From Nitrospiraceae bacterium (GTDB lineage: Bacteria; Nitrospirota; Thermodesulfovibrionia; UBA6902), in the NCBI GenBank assembly GCA_003599275.1, contig QZJG01000060.1, positions 24,854 to 88,853 of the forward strand: a stretch of DNA of 64,000 nt, given 5' to 3'. Made by a program: the position numbers and the translations under genes. Shown here in pieces: positions 38,431 through 48,516 of the stretch. Within the stretch, counting starts at the first letter, position 1. The number at the start of each line of letters is the position of its first letter. The notes beneath the pieces were generated by a model. The model was not told the origin of the DNA and searched no databases. It was given only the letters and a program-made list of their open reading frames with translations.

Positions 38431-39501
38431 TCAGTCCCTTATTTTTAAATACATGAAGCTACCTGCAAGAGTAAACAACGCAGGCGTTATCCATGTGGCA
38501 AGCCACGGAGACAGGACCCCCGTATTGCCCAGGGATATGTTTATCGAATAAAGCAGCCAGTACACCACGCTTACAAGCACCCCGAGGCCCGCAGCCTTGA
38601 TGCCGCCGCCCCATCTCGAATTCAGCGCGAGGGAAATACCGAACAGCATCATGATGAAATTTATTGCGGGATAGGAAAGTTTTTCATAAAGACGCACGAC
38701 GTATTTAAGGTTTTTAAACCCGGCCTTTTCAAGCCTCGAATAATATTCGTAGAGCTCGATGAAATTCATCTCCGCCGGTTTCTGCATCTCTTCATTGAAT
38801 ATCCGGGGGTCCTCAAGAGCGACGGACGTCAACGAGTCGTATCTTTTCGTCGTATTGTTGACGAAATCAAAAACGGTCACGTTTTTCAGGCTCCATACGC
38901 CGTTGGCCCACGTGGCCTCATCCGCCTCAGTCCTTTTTTCGAGGCCGAAGGCAGGATTGAAACTGAAAATGCTTGTCTTCACGACCCTGTTTTCACCCTC
39001 CACGAAACCGCCGATGCGTATGAGGCTCTTATCAAGCCCTTTAAGCCACAAGGCGCCTTCCCTGTAAGCGATCTTCGGGGACTCATTCAGTATTTTTACT
39101 TTCCTTACCCACGCTGCTTTTCTTACGGCAGCGGGGACAAGCGTTTCACCGAGAAGCAGGGCGGAAAGGGACAGTATCAGACCTACCGTAAGGAAATTGG
39201 AAAACAGTCTTTTTGTGCTGCTTCCCGAGGCCTTGATGACTATTATCTCCCGCCATTTTGAGGCTATTCCGATAGTGATGAGGACCGAAAAAAGCGAGGC
39301 AAAGGGCAGGGCGTACAGCATAACGCCGGGGGTCTGCAGCAGCAGGTATTGGGCAATTACGAAAAATGGCGGCTTGTGGGCGTAAAATTCATTCATCTTG
39401 TCGAAGAATTCCGCAATAACGGCAATGGACGTAAAGCCTGCAAGGAGAAAGAGGAAATACTTGATAAATTCCCTGAGAAAATATTGTCTGATAATTTTCA
39501 T
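38431..39501 (-). CDS. lptG: LPS export ABC permease LptG
   Basis: LptF/G permease pattern (EIIVIKASG.S; six TMs); second gene of the pair. Confidence 0.85.
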   Translation of the reverse strand: MKIIRQYFLREFIKYFLFLLAGFTSIAVIAEFFDKMNEFYAHKPPFFVIAQYLLLQTPGVMLYALPFASLFSVLITIGIASKWREIIVIKASGSSTKRLFSNFLTVGLILSLSALLLGETLVPAAVRKAAWVRKVKILNESPKIAYREGALWLKGLDKSLIRIGGFVEGENRVVKTSIFSFNPAFGLEKRTEADEATWANGVWSLKNVTVFDFVNNTTKRYDSLTSVALEDPRIFNEEMQKPAEMNFIELYEYYSRLEKAGFKNLKYVVRLYEKLSYPAINFIMMLFGISLALNSRWGGGIKAAGLGVLVSVVYWLLYSINISLGNTGVLSPWLATWITPALFTLAGSFMYLKIRD

Positions 39502-39528
39502 CGTCTTATAATTAACGGGCTGCTCCGG

Positions 39529-40611
39529 CTAAAATTTTTTTATGGGTTTGTCCCTGTAAGCCCTGTAGAAAAAAAGTATCGCCAGGGCGCCAAAAAATAC
39601 GTTTGGCATCCAGCCTCCGATTAAGGCGGGAATTTTCCCCGTCTTTGTAACGGACTCCCCTGTGATCAGGAGCAGATAATAAAGCACAAGGAGTGACAGG
39701 CTGAGAGAGAACCCTCCAAGCCGTCCTATCCTGCCGACCCTGTTGGAAAGGGCGGGGCCGAGAACGCCGAATATTATGCACGCAAAGGGAAGGGCTATCC
39801 TCCGGTGCAATTCAATCCCCCATGCCGTCAAATTACTGCTTCCCTTCCAGAGCTCGGAAGTCCTGATCTCATCGGGTTTGGTCTTGTCTATTGCGCCGAG
39901 CCCGGATGTAAGCACCAGATCATATTTGTTGAAGGTTATTTCCGACGAGCTCTTTCCGCTGTAGGAATGGATAAGGCCGTTGTTCATGGTAAGTTTTATC
40001 AGGCCTTCCTCTGCGCTGGAAGTGATGGTCCCGCTTTCCGAGACAATCGTCAGGGGCGCTTTTACAGAGTTGTCCGCATCCCTGTAAACAAATATCCCCC
40101 TGAACTCGCCGCTGGACGGAATATCTTTTACATAGATGACCGTGCCTTTGAATACATCGGAAAAGCTCTCCTCCTCAAAGGTCATGGAGGCCTTCCTGAC
40201 TATCGTTTCATACAGCGTCTTCTTGAAGGCATGCATGCCCCGGGGCAGCAGATAGAGGCTGATAAACAGGAGGACAATGCAGAGCGCCGCCGAAAGCACT
40301 ATGGCGGGCCCGGATATCCCGAAGAAGCTCATGCCGCTTGCCTTCAGTACGACTGTCTCGCTGTCGGTCCCCATCCTGCCGTAGGTAAGGAAAATTGCTA
40401 TGAGTATCGACATGGGAATGGACAGCAGCAGGATAGACGGCTGCAGGTATACAAATATCCTGACGATGTCCGCCAGGTCAGCCCCCTTTCCCATGAAAAG
40501 CCTTGTCAGCCTGACAAACTTTTCCATAAAAAGAATGACGGAAAGGGAAACTATAATAACGACCGTGTTGGCAAGCAATTCTCTGAATATTGTTTTATGG
40601 ATTATCATCAC
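39529..40611 (-). CDS. lptF: LPS export ABC permease LptF
   Basis: YGRMGTDSETVVLKASG.S; ELHRRIALPFAC; first gene of the pair. Confidence 0.85.
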   Translation of the reverse strand: MMIIHKTIFRELLANTVVIIVSLSVILFMEKFVRLTRLFMGKGADLADIVRIFVYLQPSILLLSIPMSILIAIFLTYGRMGTDSETVVLKASGMSFFGISGPAIVLSAALCIVLLFISLYLLPRGMHAFKKTLYETIVRKASMTFEEESFSDVFKGTVIYVKDIPSSGEFRGIFVYRDADNSVKAPLTIVSESGTITSSAEEGLIKLTMNNGLIHSYSGKSSSEITFNKYDLVLTSGLGAIDKTKPDEIRTSELWKGSSNLTAWGIELHRRIALPFACIIFGVLGPALSNRVGRIGRLGGFSLSLSLLVLYYLLLITGESVTKTGKIPALIGGWMPNVFFGALAILFFYRAYRDKPIKKF

Positions 40612-40848
40612 TTGATGTCTTGTAATTTAGTTGTCATCAGGGACCGGTCAGTTAAAAAAAAGGGTGTACCCGACACTGATTATAACAACTAATGAAGGCA
40701 AAAGGTAGGCACAGCACGGCACTGAAACCTGCCTGGAATTATGCTGAAACGGCCCCCGGTTGCCGTCATAAATCGGAATCAAGTATAATAATCAAACCAA
40801 ATTTTATTCCATTCCCGTATCTCATAACAGTATTCAGGAGGTGCCTGT

Positions 40849-41451
40849 ATGAACGTCTCGTCAGAAAAAAGAAAATCAGGAATAGCCTTGATCGGCGATG
40901 TGCCGTGGGGCACGCATTTCTGCCAGTTCTATAAAACGAAACAGGACCTTCTCGACATGCTTGTCCCTTACTTCAAGGCAGGACTGGAACATAACGAATT
41001 CTGCATGTGGGTCACTTCAGAGCCTTTAAGCGTTGAGGATGCCAGGCGGGCCATGAAAAAGGCAGTGCCCCATTTTGAAGAGCATTTAAGGAAGGGGCAG
41101 ATAGAAATCATTCCCTATGATCAATGGTACACAAAGGGCGGGAAATTCAAGGAAAAAAGAGTGCTGAATGGATGGGTAAGCAGGCTTAACAGCGCTCTCA
41201 AAAAAGGCTTTGACGGCTTGAGGCTGACAGGCAACACCTTCTGGATTGAAAAGAAAGACTGGCAGGCATTTACAGACTACGAAGCTACTGTAAACAACGT
41301 GCTTGGCAATTATAAGATGCTTGCAATCTGCACCTACTCACTCAGGAAGTGCGGCGTGATGGAGATCGTGGACGTGGTCAAGAACCACGAGTTCGCGCTT
41401 GCCATGAACCAGGGCGAGTGGCAAATCGTCAGCAATCCGGCGAGCTCATAA
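40849..41451 (+). CDS. Stand-alone MEDS-domain protein
   Basis: [63 protein letters not shown]. Confidence 0.85.
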   Translation: MNVSSEKRKSGIALIGDVPWGTHFCQFYKTKQDLLDMLVPYFKAGLEHNEFCMWVTSEPLSVEDARRAMKKAVPHFEEHLRKGQIEIIPYDQWYTKGGKFKEKRVLNGWVSRLNSALKKGFDGLRLTGNTFWIEKKDWQAFTDYEATVNNVLGNYKMLAICTYSLRKCGVMEIVDVVKNHEFALAMNQGEWQIVSNPASS

Positions 41452-41485
41452 GTCTTATAAGGCATATCTGACCTATAAGACTTAT
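41448..41485. terminator. 12-bp perfect inverted repeat ATAAGTCTTATA-N14-TATAAGACTTAT
   Basis: Overlaps the MEDS stop codon. Terminator versus mRNA-stabilising hairpin is uncertain. Confidence 0.45.
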
Positions 41486-41495
41486 AAAAATCATT

Positions 41496-43604
41496 ATGTA
41501 CACTGTACACTCTGATAAACGCAAATCGGGCATTTCGCTGATCGGCGATCTGCCGTGGGGCACCCACTTCTGTCAGTTCTATCAGACGAAGCAGGACCTG
41601 TTGGATATACTTGTCCCTTATTTCAGGGCGGGACTGGAGAACAACGAGTTTTGCGTATGGGTCACTTCAGAGCCTCTAAGCGTTGAGGATGCGAAAAGGG
41701 CCTTAAAGAAAGCCGTGCCTCATTTTGAGAAATACGCAAAGAAAGGGCAGATGCAGTTGGTCCCTTCCACCCGCTGTCATAACACAAAGGGGCAAGGGCC
41801 AAGTGGCAAGTCGATACGATCGGAGATTCGTGCCGAACTCGATTCCGAGGGTCAAAGGAACAGTGCAATACTCACAATGCTTGACAAGGCTGTATTGGGC
41901 GGCTTTGAAGGTCTCAGGCTTGCATGCAGCGCCTTCCCTGCAAAAGAGGGCGGCAAGGTCTTCGCATGTGGGGCCGATGCAATAGTCGGACATAATGCCC
42001 TTGCGGTCTTTGCGTATCCCCGCGACAGGTTCGATGCTATATCCTTAATGGAAGTGGTGAAGGACCACCGGTTTGCGCTCGTTCGGAATGCCGGCAGGTG
42101 GGAGGTCATCGAGAGCTCCGAGGCGCGGACAGTTAAAGACGCCTTAAAAAGGAGCGAGGAAAAGCTTCGTTCCCTTTTCAGCAACATGTCTGAAGGGTTC
42201 GCCTATCACAGGATAGTGCTGGATGAAAAAGGCAAGCCCTGCGATTATGTCTTTCTCGAAGTCAACGAATCATTCGGGAGACTGACCGGCTTTGAAGGGA
42301 AAGACATCATCGGCAAAAAGGTAACGGAAGCCCTTCCGGGAATAGAGAAAGACCCCGCTGACTTGATAGGGAAATACGGGAAGGTCGCTATGACCGGAGA
42401 GCCGATACAGTTTGAGAGTTATTCGGGACCTCTGAATAAATGGTTTTCGATCTCGGCCTTCAGCCCGCACAAGGGTTATTTCGCCGTGACGTTCAGCGAC
42501 ATCACGGAGCGCAAGTGTGCGGAGCAGGAGCTTGTCCGTGCCAAAGAGGAATGGGAGCGCACCTTCGACAGCGTGCCTGATTTGATCGCCATCCTTGATA
42601 ATCAGCACCGGATAGTCCGGGTCAACAAGGCGATGGCAGAACGGCTGGGACATGACGCTGAAGAATGCGTTGGCATGCCCTGTTACAGGTACGTGCATGG
42701 ATTGTCGTCTCCGCCGGGATGTTGTCCCCATTCAGTCACAATGAAGGACGGGTGTCAGCATATCGCCGAGCTGCACGAGGACCGGCTTGGGGGAGACTTT
42801 CTTGTGAGCACGACCCCTCTTTTTGATGAGCGTGGACAACTGATCGGCTCCGTGCACGTGGCGAGGGACATCACGGAGCGCAAAAAGGCTGAAGAGCAGT
42901 TGAAAATGACCATGACCGACCTGGAGCGCTCAAACAAAGAGCTGGAGCAGTTTGCGTATATCTCTTCCCATGACCTGCAGGAGCCCCTGCGCACAATCTC
43001 AAATTATGTGCAGCTTATCGGGAGGCGGTATAAGAACAGGCTTGACAGCGACGCGGATGAATTCATTGATTATATAGTGGGCGGGGCCGTCCATATGCAG
43101 ACCCTCCTGAATGACCTTTTGACTTATTCCCGCGTGGGCTCGGGGCAAAAGTCTTTCAGTCTGACGGATCTCAATTCCGTTCTCGAAAGGGCCGTGGCCA
43201 ATCTCAAAGATGCAATCGACCGGAACAATGCTGAAATAAACTGGACGGGCTTACCTTCGGTGCATGCCGATGGAACCCGGATGGCGCAGTTGTTCCAGAA
43301 TCTGGTAAGCAATGCCGTCAAGTTCCGGGGCAGTGATCTGCCCCGCGTACAAATAACCGCGGAGCATAAAGATAAAGAATGGGTGGTCCGGGTCAGCGAT
43401 AACGGCATCGGGATAGACCCGAAATATTTCGACAGGATTTTCCTGATATTCAAGCGCCTTCATTCAAGGGGGGAATACGAGGGCTCCGGGATAGGACTCG
43501 CTATCTGCAAAAAGATAGTTGAGACACACGGAGGGCGCATATGGGTCGAATCAGGGCCGGGCAAAGGAACGACGTTTTATTTCACGATACCGGAGAAAAG
43601 ATAA
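41496..43604 (+). CDS. MEDS-PAS-PAS histidine kinase (phytochrome-like HisKA)
   Basis: Degenerate MEDS, two PAS domains, [41 protein letters not shown]. Confidence 0.9.
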   Translation: MYTVHSDKRKSGISLIGDLPWGTHFCQFYQTKQDLLDILVPYFRAGLENNEFCVWVTSEPLSVEDAKRALKKAVPHFEKYAKKGQMQLVPSTRCHNTKGQGPSGKSIRSEIRAELDSEGQRNSAILTMLDKAVLGGFEGLRLACSAFPAKEGGKVFACGADAIVGHNALAVFAYPRDRFDAISLMEVVKDHRFALVRNAGRWEVIESSEARTVKDALKRSEEKLRSLFSNMSEGFAYHRIVLDEKGKPCDYVFLEVNESFGRLTGFEGKDIIGKKVTEALPGIEKDPADLIGKYGKVAMTGEPIQFESYSGPLNKWFSISAFSPHKGYFAVTFSDITERKCAEQELVRAKEEWERTFDSVPDLIAILDNQHRIVRVNKAMAERLGHDAEECVGMPCYRYVHGLSSPPGCCPHSVTMKDGCQHIAELHEDRLGGDFLVSTTPLFDERGQLIGSVHVARDITERKKAEEQLKMTMTDLERSNKELEQFAYISSHDLQEPLRTISNYVQLIGRRYKNRLDSDADEFIDYIVGGAVHMQTLLNDLLTYSRVGSGQKSFSLTDLNSVLERAVANLKDAIDRNNAEINWTGLPSVHADGTRMAQLFQNLVSNAVKFRGSDLPRVQITAEHKDKEWVVRVSDNGIGIDPKYFDRIFLIFKRLHSRGEYEGSGIGLAICKKIVETHGGRIWVESGPGKGTTFYFTIPEKR

Positions 43605-43618
43605 AGGAGAGAACAAAT

Positions 43619-44077
43619 ATGAACAATGTACCAGGAGACCCGATTGAAGTCCTTCTTGTGGAGGACAACCCCGCAGACGTGCGCCTGATGAAGGAGTCTC
43701 TCAGGGACTCAAAGGTGCGCAATAACCTCCATGTGGTGAATGACGGAGAAGCGGCAATGTCCTTTCTGCGGCGTGAAGGAAAATACTCCGGCGTTCCCCA
43801 GCCGGACCTCATTATGTTGGACCTGAACCTCCCGAAAAAAGACGGCCGCGAGGTGCTTCAGGAGATCAAGACGGACCCTGCTCTGAAGCATATTCCGGTC
43901 GTTGTCGTCACCACGTCTTCGGCTGACGAAGACATCATCAAAAGCTATTGCCTCCATGCAAACTGCTTTGTTACAAAGCCGGTCGATCTCGACCAGTTCA
44001 TAAAGGTTGTGCAGGCGATCGAAGACTTCTGGTTTACAATAGTAAAACTGCCGAGGGAAGGGTGTGACAGAAAATAA
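43619..44077 (+). CDS. Single-domain response regulator (Rcp1-like)
   Basis: [34 protein letters not shown]. Start set at ATG 43619. Confidence 0.9.
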   Translation: MNNVPGDPIEVLLVEDNPADVRLMKESLRDSKVRNNLHVVNDGEAAMSFLRREGKYSGVPQPDLIMLDLNLPKKDGREVLQEIKTDPALKHIPVVVVTTSSADEDIIKSYCLHANCFVTKPVDLDQFIKVVQAIEDFWFTIVKLPREGCDRK

Positions 44078-45623
44078 ACTCCATATCCTTCTGATCGAAG
44101 ACAATCCGGGAGACGCCCGATTGATAAAAGAGATGCTCTCCGAGTCAACCCTGCAATACTCAGTCGGGCATTCACAGACACTTTCAGACGGGCTTGAGAA
44201 ATTGAACAGCACCCATTTTGACGCGATCTTTCTCGATTTCAACCTCCCGGACTGCGAAGGCCTCGACTCTATTCCGAGGATCAAAAAAGCGGCCCCGAAG
44301 ACGCCCATCGTGATGCTCACAGGGCTTGACGATGAAAATACGGCTGTTTGCGCGCTGAGGACCGGCGCTCAGGACTACCTTGTCAAGGGGAAGATAGACA
44401 TTGACGCCCTTGCCCGGTCGCTGCGGTATTCAATAGAGCGCAAGCGGGCGGAGGGAGAGATCGAAACGTATAATAAGCGCCTTGAGATACTGGTCCATGA
44501 ACGTACAAAAGAGCTTGTGTCCGCAAACGAGGAGATACAGACTGCCAATGAGCTGCTGGAAAATATTTTTTCCAACGTACACGTCCTGCTTGCGTATATG
44601 GACACGGACTTCAACTTCATCAGGGTGAACAACAGGTATGCCGAGGCCGACGGTCATGTGCCGGAATTTTTCATCGGCAAAAACCATTTTGCCCTGTATC
44701 CGAATGAGGAGAATGAGGCTATTTTCCGGAAGGTGGCCGAGACCGGCGAAACTTTTTTTGTAAGGGCAAAACCCTTCAGGTATGCGGAGCATCCCGAGCG
44801 CGGCACGACCTTCCGGGACTGGAGCCTGAGAGCCGTTAAGGATGAATACGGTAAAGTCAGCGGACTGGTGCTCAGTCTTATCGACGTGACGCAGAACATA
44901 ATGCTTTACGAGGAACTTCTGCGGACCGACCACCTGGCGTCCATCGGAAAGCTTGCTGCGGGCGTGGCGCATGAGATCAACAACCCGATAAACGGGGTCA
45001 TAAATTATGCGCAGATATTGCTGAACAGGTGCGATACAGAGAGTAAAGAGCACGAGATTGCAGGCCGGATCATAAAGGAGAGCGACCGGATAGCGGGTAT
45101 TGTCAGCAATCTCCTTACCTTCGCAAGAGACAAAAAAGAGGCAAAGCGGCCCACTGATCTCAAGGCAGTGCTGTCAGACTCCCTCGCGCTTATGGAGACA
45201 CAATTAAGAAAGAACGGGGCGAGACTGAACGTGCATCTGCCCGATGATCTGCGGGAGGTCGTTGCCAATCACCAGCAGATACAGCAGGTATTTCTCAATG
45301 TCATCTCCAATGCGAGCTATGCCCTCAACCGGAAATATCCCTCGGCGCATGAGGACAAGGTGCTTGAGATAACGGGCATGAGGACGGAGCTTGAGGACAA
45401 GCCATACGTGCGGATGATATTCCATGACCACGGCTCAGGCATACCGGCCGGGATATTGGACAGGATAATGGCCCCGTTCTTTACGACAAAGAGCGGAGAT
45501 GATGGCACCGGCCTGGGGCTCAGCATCTGCCACGGCATAATAAACGACCACGAAGGAAAAATAAGGGTGGAGAGTGTCGAGGGTGCATTTACCAGGATCA
45601 TTATAGACCTTCCGGCCCTCTGA
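44064..45623 (+). CDS. REC-PAS histidine kinase
   Basis: REC ([16 protein letters not shown]), [25 protein letters not shown]. Confidence 0.9.
   Translation: MTENKLHILLIEDNPGDARLIKEMLSESTLQYSVGHSQTLSDGLEKLNSTHFDAIFLDFNLPDCEGLDSIPRIKKAAPKTPIVMLTGLDDENTAVCALRTGAQDYLVKGKIDIDALARSLRYSIERKRAEGEIETYNKRLEILVHERTKELVSANEEIQTANELLENIFSNVHVLLAYMDTDFNFIRVNNRYAEADGHVPEFFIGKNHFALYPNEENEAIFRKVAETGETFFVRAKPFRYAEHPERGTTFRDWSLRAVKDEYGKVSGLVLSLIDVTQNIMLYEELLRTDHLASIGKLAAGVAHEINNPINGVINYAQILLNRCDTESKEHEIAGRIIKESDRIAGIVSNLLTFARDKKEAKRPTDLKAVLSDSLALMETQLRKNGARLNVHLPDDLREVVANHQQIQQVFLNVISNASYALNRKYPSAHEDKVLEITGMRTELEDKPYVRMIFHDHGSGIPAGILDRIMAPFFTTKSGDDGTGLGLSICHGIINDHEGKIRVESVEGAFTRIIIDLPAL
44545..45621 (+). repeat. 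Direct repeat copy 1 (~1.08 kb PAS-HisKA-HATPase module)
   Basis: Begins CCAATGAGCTGCTGGAAAATATTTTTTCC and ends GACCTTCCGGCCCTCT; collinear with 49331-50407. Confidence 0.9.
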
Positions 45624-45758
45624 ATTAGCGCCTCCATAAATTTCCCCTTTTCTCTGCCCCCACAATTTCACAGGTGACAAAAAAGCATATTTTAGGTTAT
45701 AAATATACCCTCGATAACTTAAGAGGCGTCGGGGAAGGCGTCGCAGTAAAGGGACAAA

Positions 45759-47789
45759 ATGAAAATGGGCCTGATATTCTTTTTGCTGTTTTGCAATCTT
45801 TTTTTATCAATAACCAAAGCTGATGCAGGTGATACTCTGCCCGGCCCTCCTTCAGACCTCACTAAGCTCAGTCTTGAAGAGCTTATGGAGATGCGGGTAG
45901 AAACAGTATACGGCGCTTCGAAATATGAACAGAAGCTGACGGAGGCGCCGTCATCCGTAAGCATTGTTACCTCCGATGAGATAAAAAAATACGGCTACCG
46001 CAGCTTTGCGGAGGTCCTGCGGAGTATAAGGGGATTTCAGACCACAAATGACAGGAATTACAGTTACCTCAATGTAAGGGGGTTCGGGCTGCCCGGTGAT
46101 TACAACTCACGGATACTTCTTTTAATAGACGGACACCGTATAAACGACAACATATACAACGCGGCGGCGCTCGGCAGGGAGTTCCCTCTCGAGATCGACC
46201 TTATCGACAGGATAGAAGTTGTGCGCGGGCCGGGTTCTTCATTGTACGGAAGCAATGCCTTCTTTGCGGTAATCAATGTCATCACAAGGCGCGGCAGGGA
46301 CCTCAAGGGCGTTGAGGTGTCCGGTGAGGCCGGCAGCTTCAGCTCGTATAAAGGGCGCCTGAGTTACGGCAATACGTTCGACAACGGCCCGGAGATGCTG
46401 TTTTCCGGCTCCTATTATGACAGTAAAGGTAACAGACGTCTGTTCTACAGTGAATTTGACGACCCTTCGACAAACAACGGCATTGCAGAGGACCTGGATT
46501 ACGAGCGATACGGAAACCTCTTCGGAGAGATGACCTTTCAGGATTTCACCCTGCAGGGCAATTATAATTACAGGAAGAAAGGCGTGCCCACCGCGTCCTA
46601 CGAAACATTGTTCAACAACAGCAGGTTCTTTACGGTCGATGAGCAGTTCTGGGCGGACTTGAAGTATGCGCATACTTATCCGGAGCATTTAAATGTCCTG
46701 GCGCGTGTTAACTATAACTACTACAAATATTACGGCGACTATCCACTTGAAGGCGACCCGGCTGCAGGAGAGCCTGAGGTCCTTATAAACAAGGATTATA
46801 CAAGAGGCGAATGGTTTGACAGCGAGCTTCAATTCGTCAAATCCTTTGCGGACAGGAACAAGGTCATTCTTGGAGCATATCTCCAGTACGACCCGAAGCA
46901 GGTGCAGAGAAATTTCTATATCAATTCCGGCAGGGACGGGTTCAGGGACAAACGCAATTCACACAACTGGGCGCTTTACACCCAGGGTGAAATAGAAATG
47001 GCGCACAATCTGGTCCTGAACGCCGGGCTCCGCTATGATCACTACAAGACCTTCGGAGGTACAATCAATCCCCGCGCTGCGCTGATTTATTCACCTTTTG
47101 ACATGACGGCTTTCAAGCTGGTCTATGGACGCGCCTTCCGCGCCCCCAATGTCTATGAGCTTTATTACCATGACGGGTCCAATACGCAGAAGCCGGGGCT
47201 TGATCTGGAGCCGGAGGTCATCAATACTTATGAGGCGATTTACGAACAGTATCTTGGGGAAAATTATCGCGCAACAGTGACGGGGTTTTTCTACAGGATA
47301 GATGACCTGATAGCCCTGCAGACTGATTCTTCCGACGGCCTCCTTGTCTTCAGGAACGTCGATGAGGTCGAGGCAAAGGGCATGGAGTTCGAGCTTGGCG
47401 GCGAATGGAAGTGCGGGACTGAAGGCCGCGTCAGTTACACATTCCAGGAAACCGAAAACAGGCAGACAGGCGACGTCCTGCCCAATTCCGCAAAACACCT
47501 TGCAAAGCTCAATGTGGTCCTGCCACTGATAAAAGATAAATTGTTTCTGGGACTTGAAGAGCAGTATACGAGCAGGAGGAGAAATGTGTCCGGTGATTTT
47601 ACCGGCGGGTTTTTCATTACGAATCTGACTTTTTTCAGCAGGGACCTGACAGAGGGGCTGGAGCTCTCGGCGAGCGTGTACAACGTCTTTGATAAAAAGT
47701 ACGTCGACCCTGCTTCGGAAACGCACAGACAGGGGAACATAGAGCAGGACGGCGCGACCGGACGTGTGAAAGCGACATATAAGTTTTGA
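45759..47789 (+). CDS. TonB-dependent receptor (plug + barrel)
   Basis: Signal peptide, LSLEELM, ASKYEQ...APSSV, LLLIDG.RIND, RIEVVRGPGSSLYG.NAF, C-terminal YKF. Confidence 0.9.
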   Translation: MKMGLIFFLLFCNLFLSITKADAGDTLPGPPSDLTKLSLEELMEMRVETVYGASKYEQKLTEAPSSVSIVTSDEIKKYGYRSFAEVLRSIRGFQTTNDRNYSYLNVRGFGLPGDYNSRILLLIDGHRINDNIYNAAALGREFPLEIDLIDRIEVVRGPGSSLYGSNAFFAVINVITRRGRDLKGVEVSGEAGSFSSYKGRLSYGNTFDNGPEMLFSGSYYDSKGNRRLFYSEFDDPSTNNGIAEDLDYERYGNLFGEMTFQDFTLQGNYNYRKKGVPTASYETLFNNSRFFTVDEQFWADLKYAHTYPEHLNVLARVNYNYYKYYGDYPLEGDPAAGEPEVLINKDYTRGEWFDSELQFVKSFADRNKVILGAYLQYDPKQVQRNFYINSGRDGFRDKRNSHNWALYTQGEIEMAHNLVLNAGLRYDHYKTFGGTINPRAALIYSPFDMTAFKLVYGRAFRAPNVYELYYHDGSNTQKPGLDLEPEVINTYEAIYEQYLGENYRATVTGFFYRIDDLIALQTDSSDGLLVFRNVDEVEAKGMEFELGGEWKCGTEGRVSYTFQETENRQTGDVLPNSAKHLAKLNVVLPLIKDKLFLGLEEQYTSRRRNVSGDFTGGFFITNLTFFSRDLTEGLELSASVYNVFDKKYVDPASETHRQGNIEQDGATGRVKATYKF

Positions 47790-47817
47790 TAACCCGGCAA
47801 GCTAATATTCTGACTTT

Positions 47818-47893
47818 GTCATTCCGGCTCGTCCGGAATCTTTCTTTATTCTCAGTCAGATAAGCCGGTAGATTCCCGACAAGCGGGAATGAC
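47818..47893. repeat. Palindromic element GTCATTCCGGCTCGTCCGGAATC...GATTCCCGACAAGCGGGAATGAC
   Basis: Right arm identical to the 11.7 kb copy. Confidence 0.85.
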
Positions 47894-47936
47894 GGATTGC
47901 AGAATTTGTTTGCCGGTTTAATAGGCGGCCCATGAG

Positions 47937-48512
47937 ATGAAAAAAATAATTTTATTCATCCTGTTTTTCATATCACCATTTTACATTATCTTTGCGCCGG
48001 ACAATGCCCGGTCGGAAGAGCTGAAACCGGGTGAATATCAGGTCAAGGCCGCGTTCCTGTATAATTTCCTGAAGTTCATCGAATGGCCTGAAGGACCGGT
48101 CAAGACTGCCGATGCCGTTACTCTGTGCATACTCGGTGAGGACCCCTTTGGCCGGGACATCGATATAATCCGGGGGAAGGCCGTCAGGGACAGGGTATTG
48201 TCGGTCAGAAATATCGGGTCTGTCCAGGAGGCCGGGGAGTGCCGGATACTTTTTATAAGCCCTTCGGAGAGAAAAAATATAGCCCATATACTGGAAAAGG
48301 CCCGGGGCAGCGGCGTTGTTACAATCGGAGATACTGAAGGCTTTGCGCAGCAGGGAGTAATTATTAATTTTTTTCTGGAAAATGACAGGGTGCGTTTTGA
48401 GATAAACATCGAGGCCGCAAAAAAGGCGGACCTCCAGATAAGCTCGAAACTGCTCAAACTTGCAAGGATTGTCGAAAACACGGGACCGACGATAACAGGT
48501 ACTGGAAGATAA
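47937..48512 (+). CDS. YfiR/HmsC-family periplasmic protein (DUF4154)
   Basis: EYQVKAAFLYNFLKFIEWP, CRILFIS, INF.....RVRFEIN..AA..A.L.ISSKLLKLA. Confidence 0.9.
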   Translation: MKKIILFILFFISPFYIIFAPDNARSEELKPGEYQVKAAFLYNFLKFIEWPEGPVKTADAVTLCILGEDPFGRDIDIIRGKAVRDRVLSVRNIGSVQEAGECRILFISPSERKNIAHILEKARGSGVVTIGDTEGFAQQGVIINFFLENDRVRFEINIEAAKKADLQISSKLLKLARIVENTGPTITGTGR

Positions 48513-48516
48513 GTCC

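Noticed and set aside
41820-41850. Possible palindromic-element fragment (GATTCGTGCCGAACTCGATTCC) inside the second MEDS domain
   Set aside because: The similarity to the 63.85 kb element centre is too short to support without an alignment.
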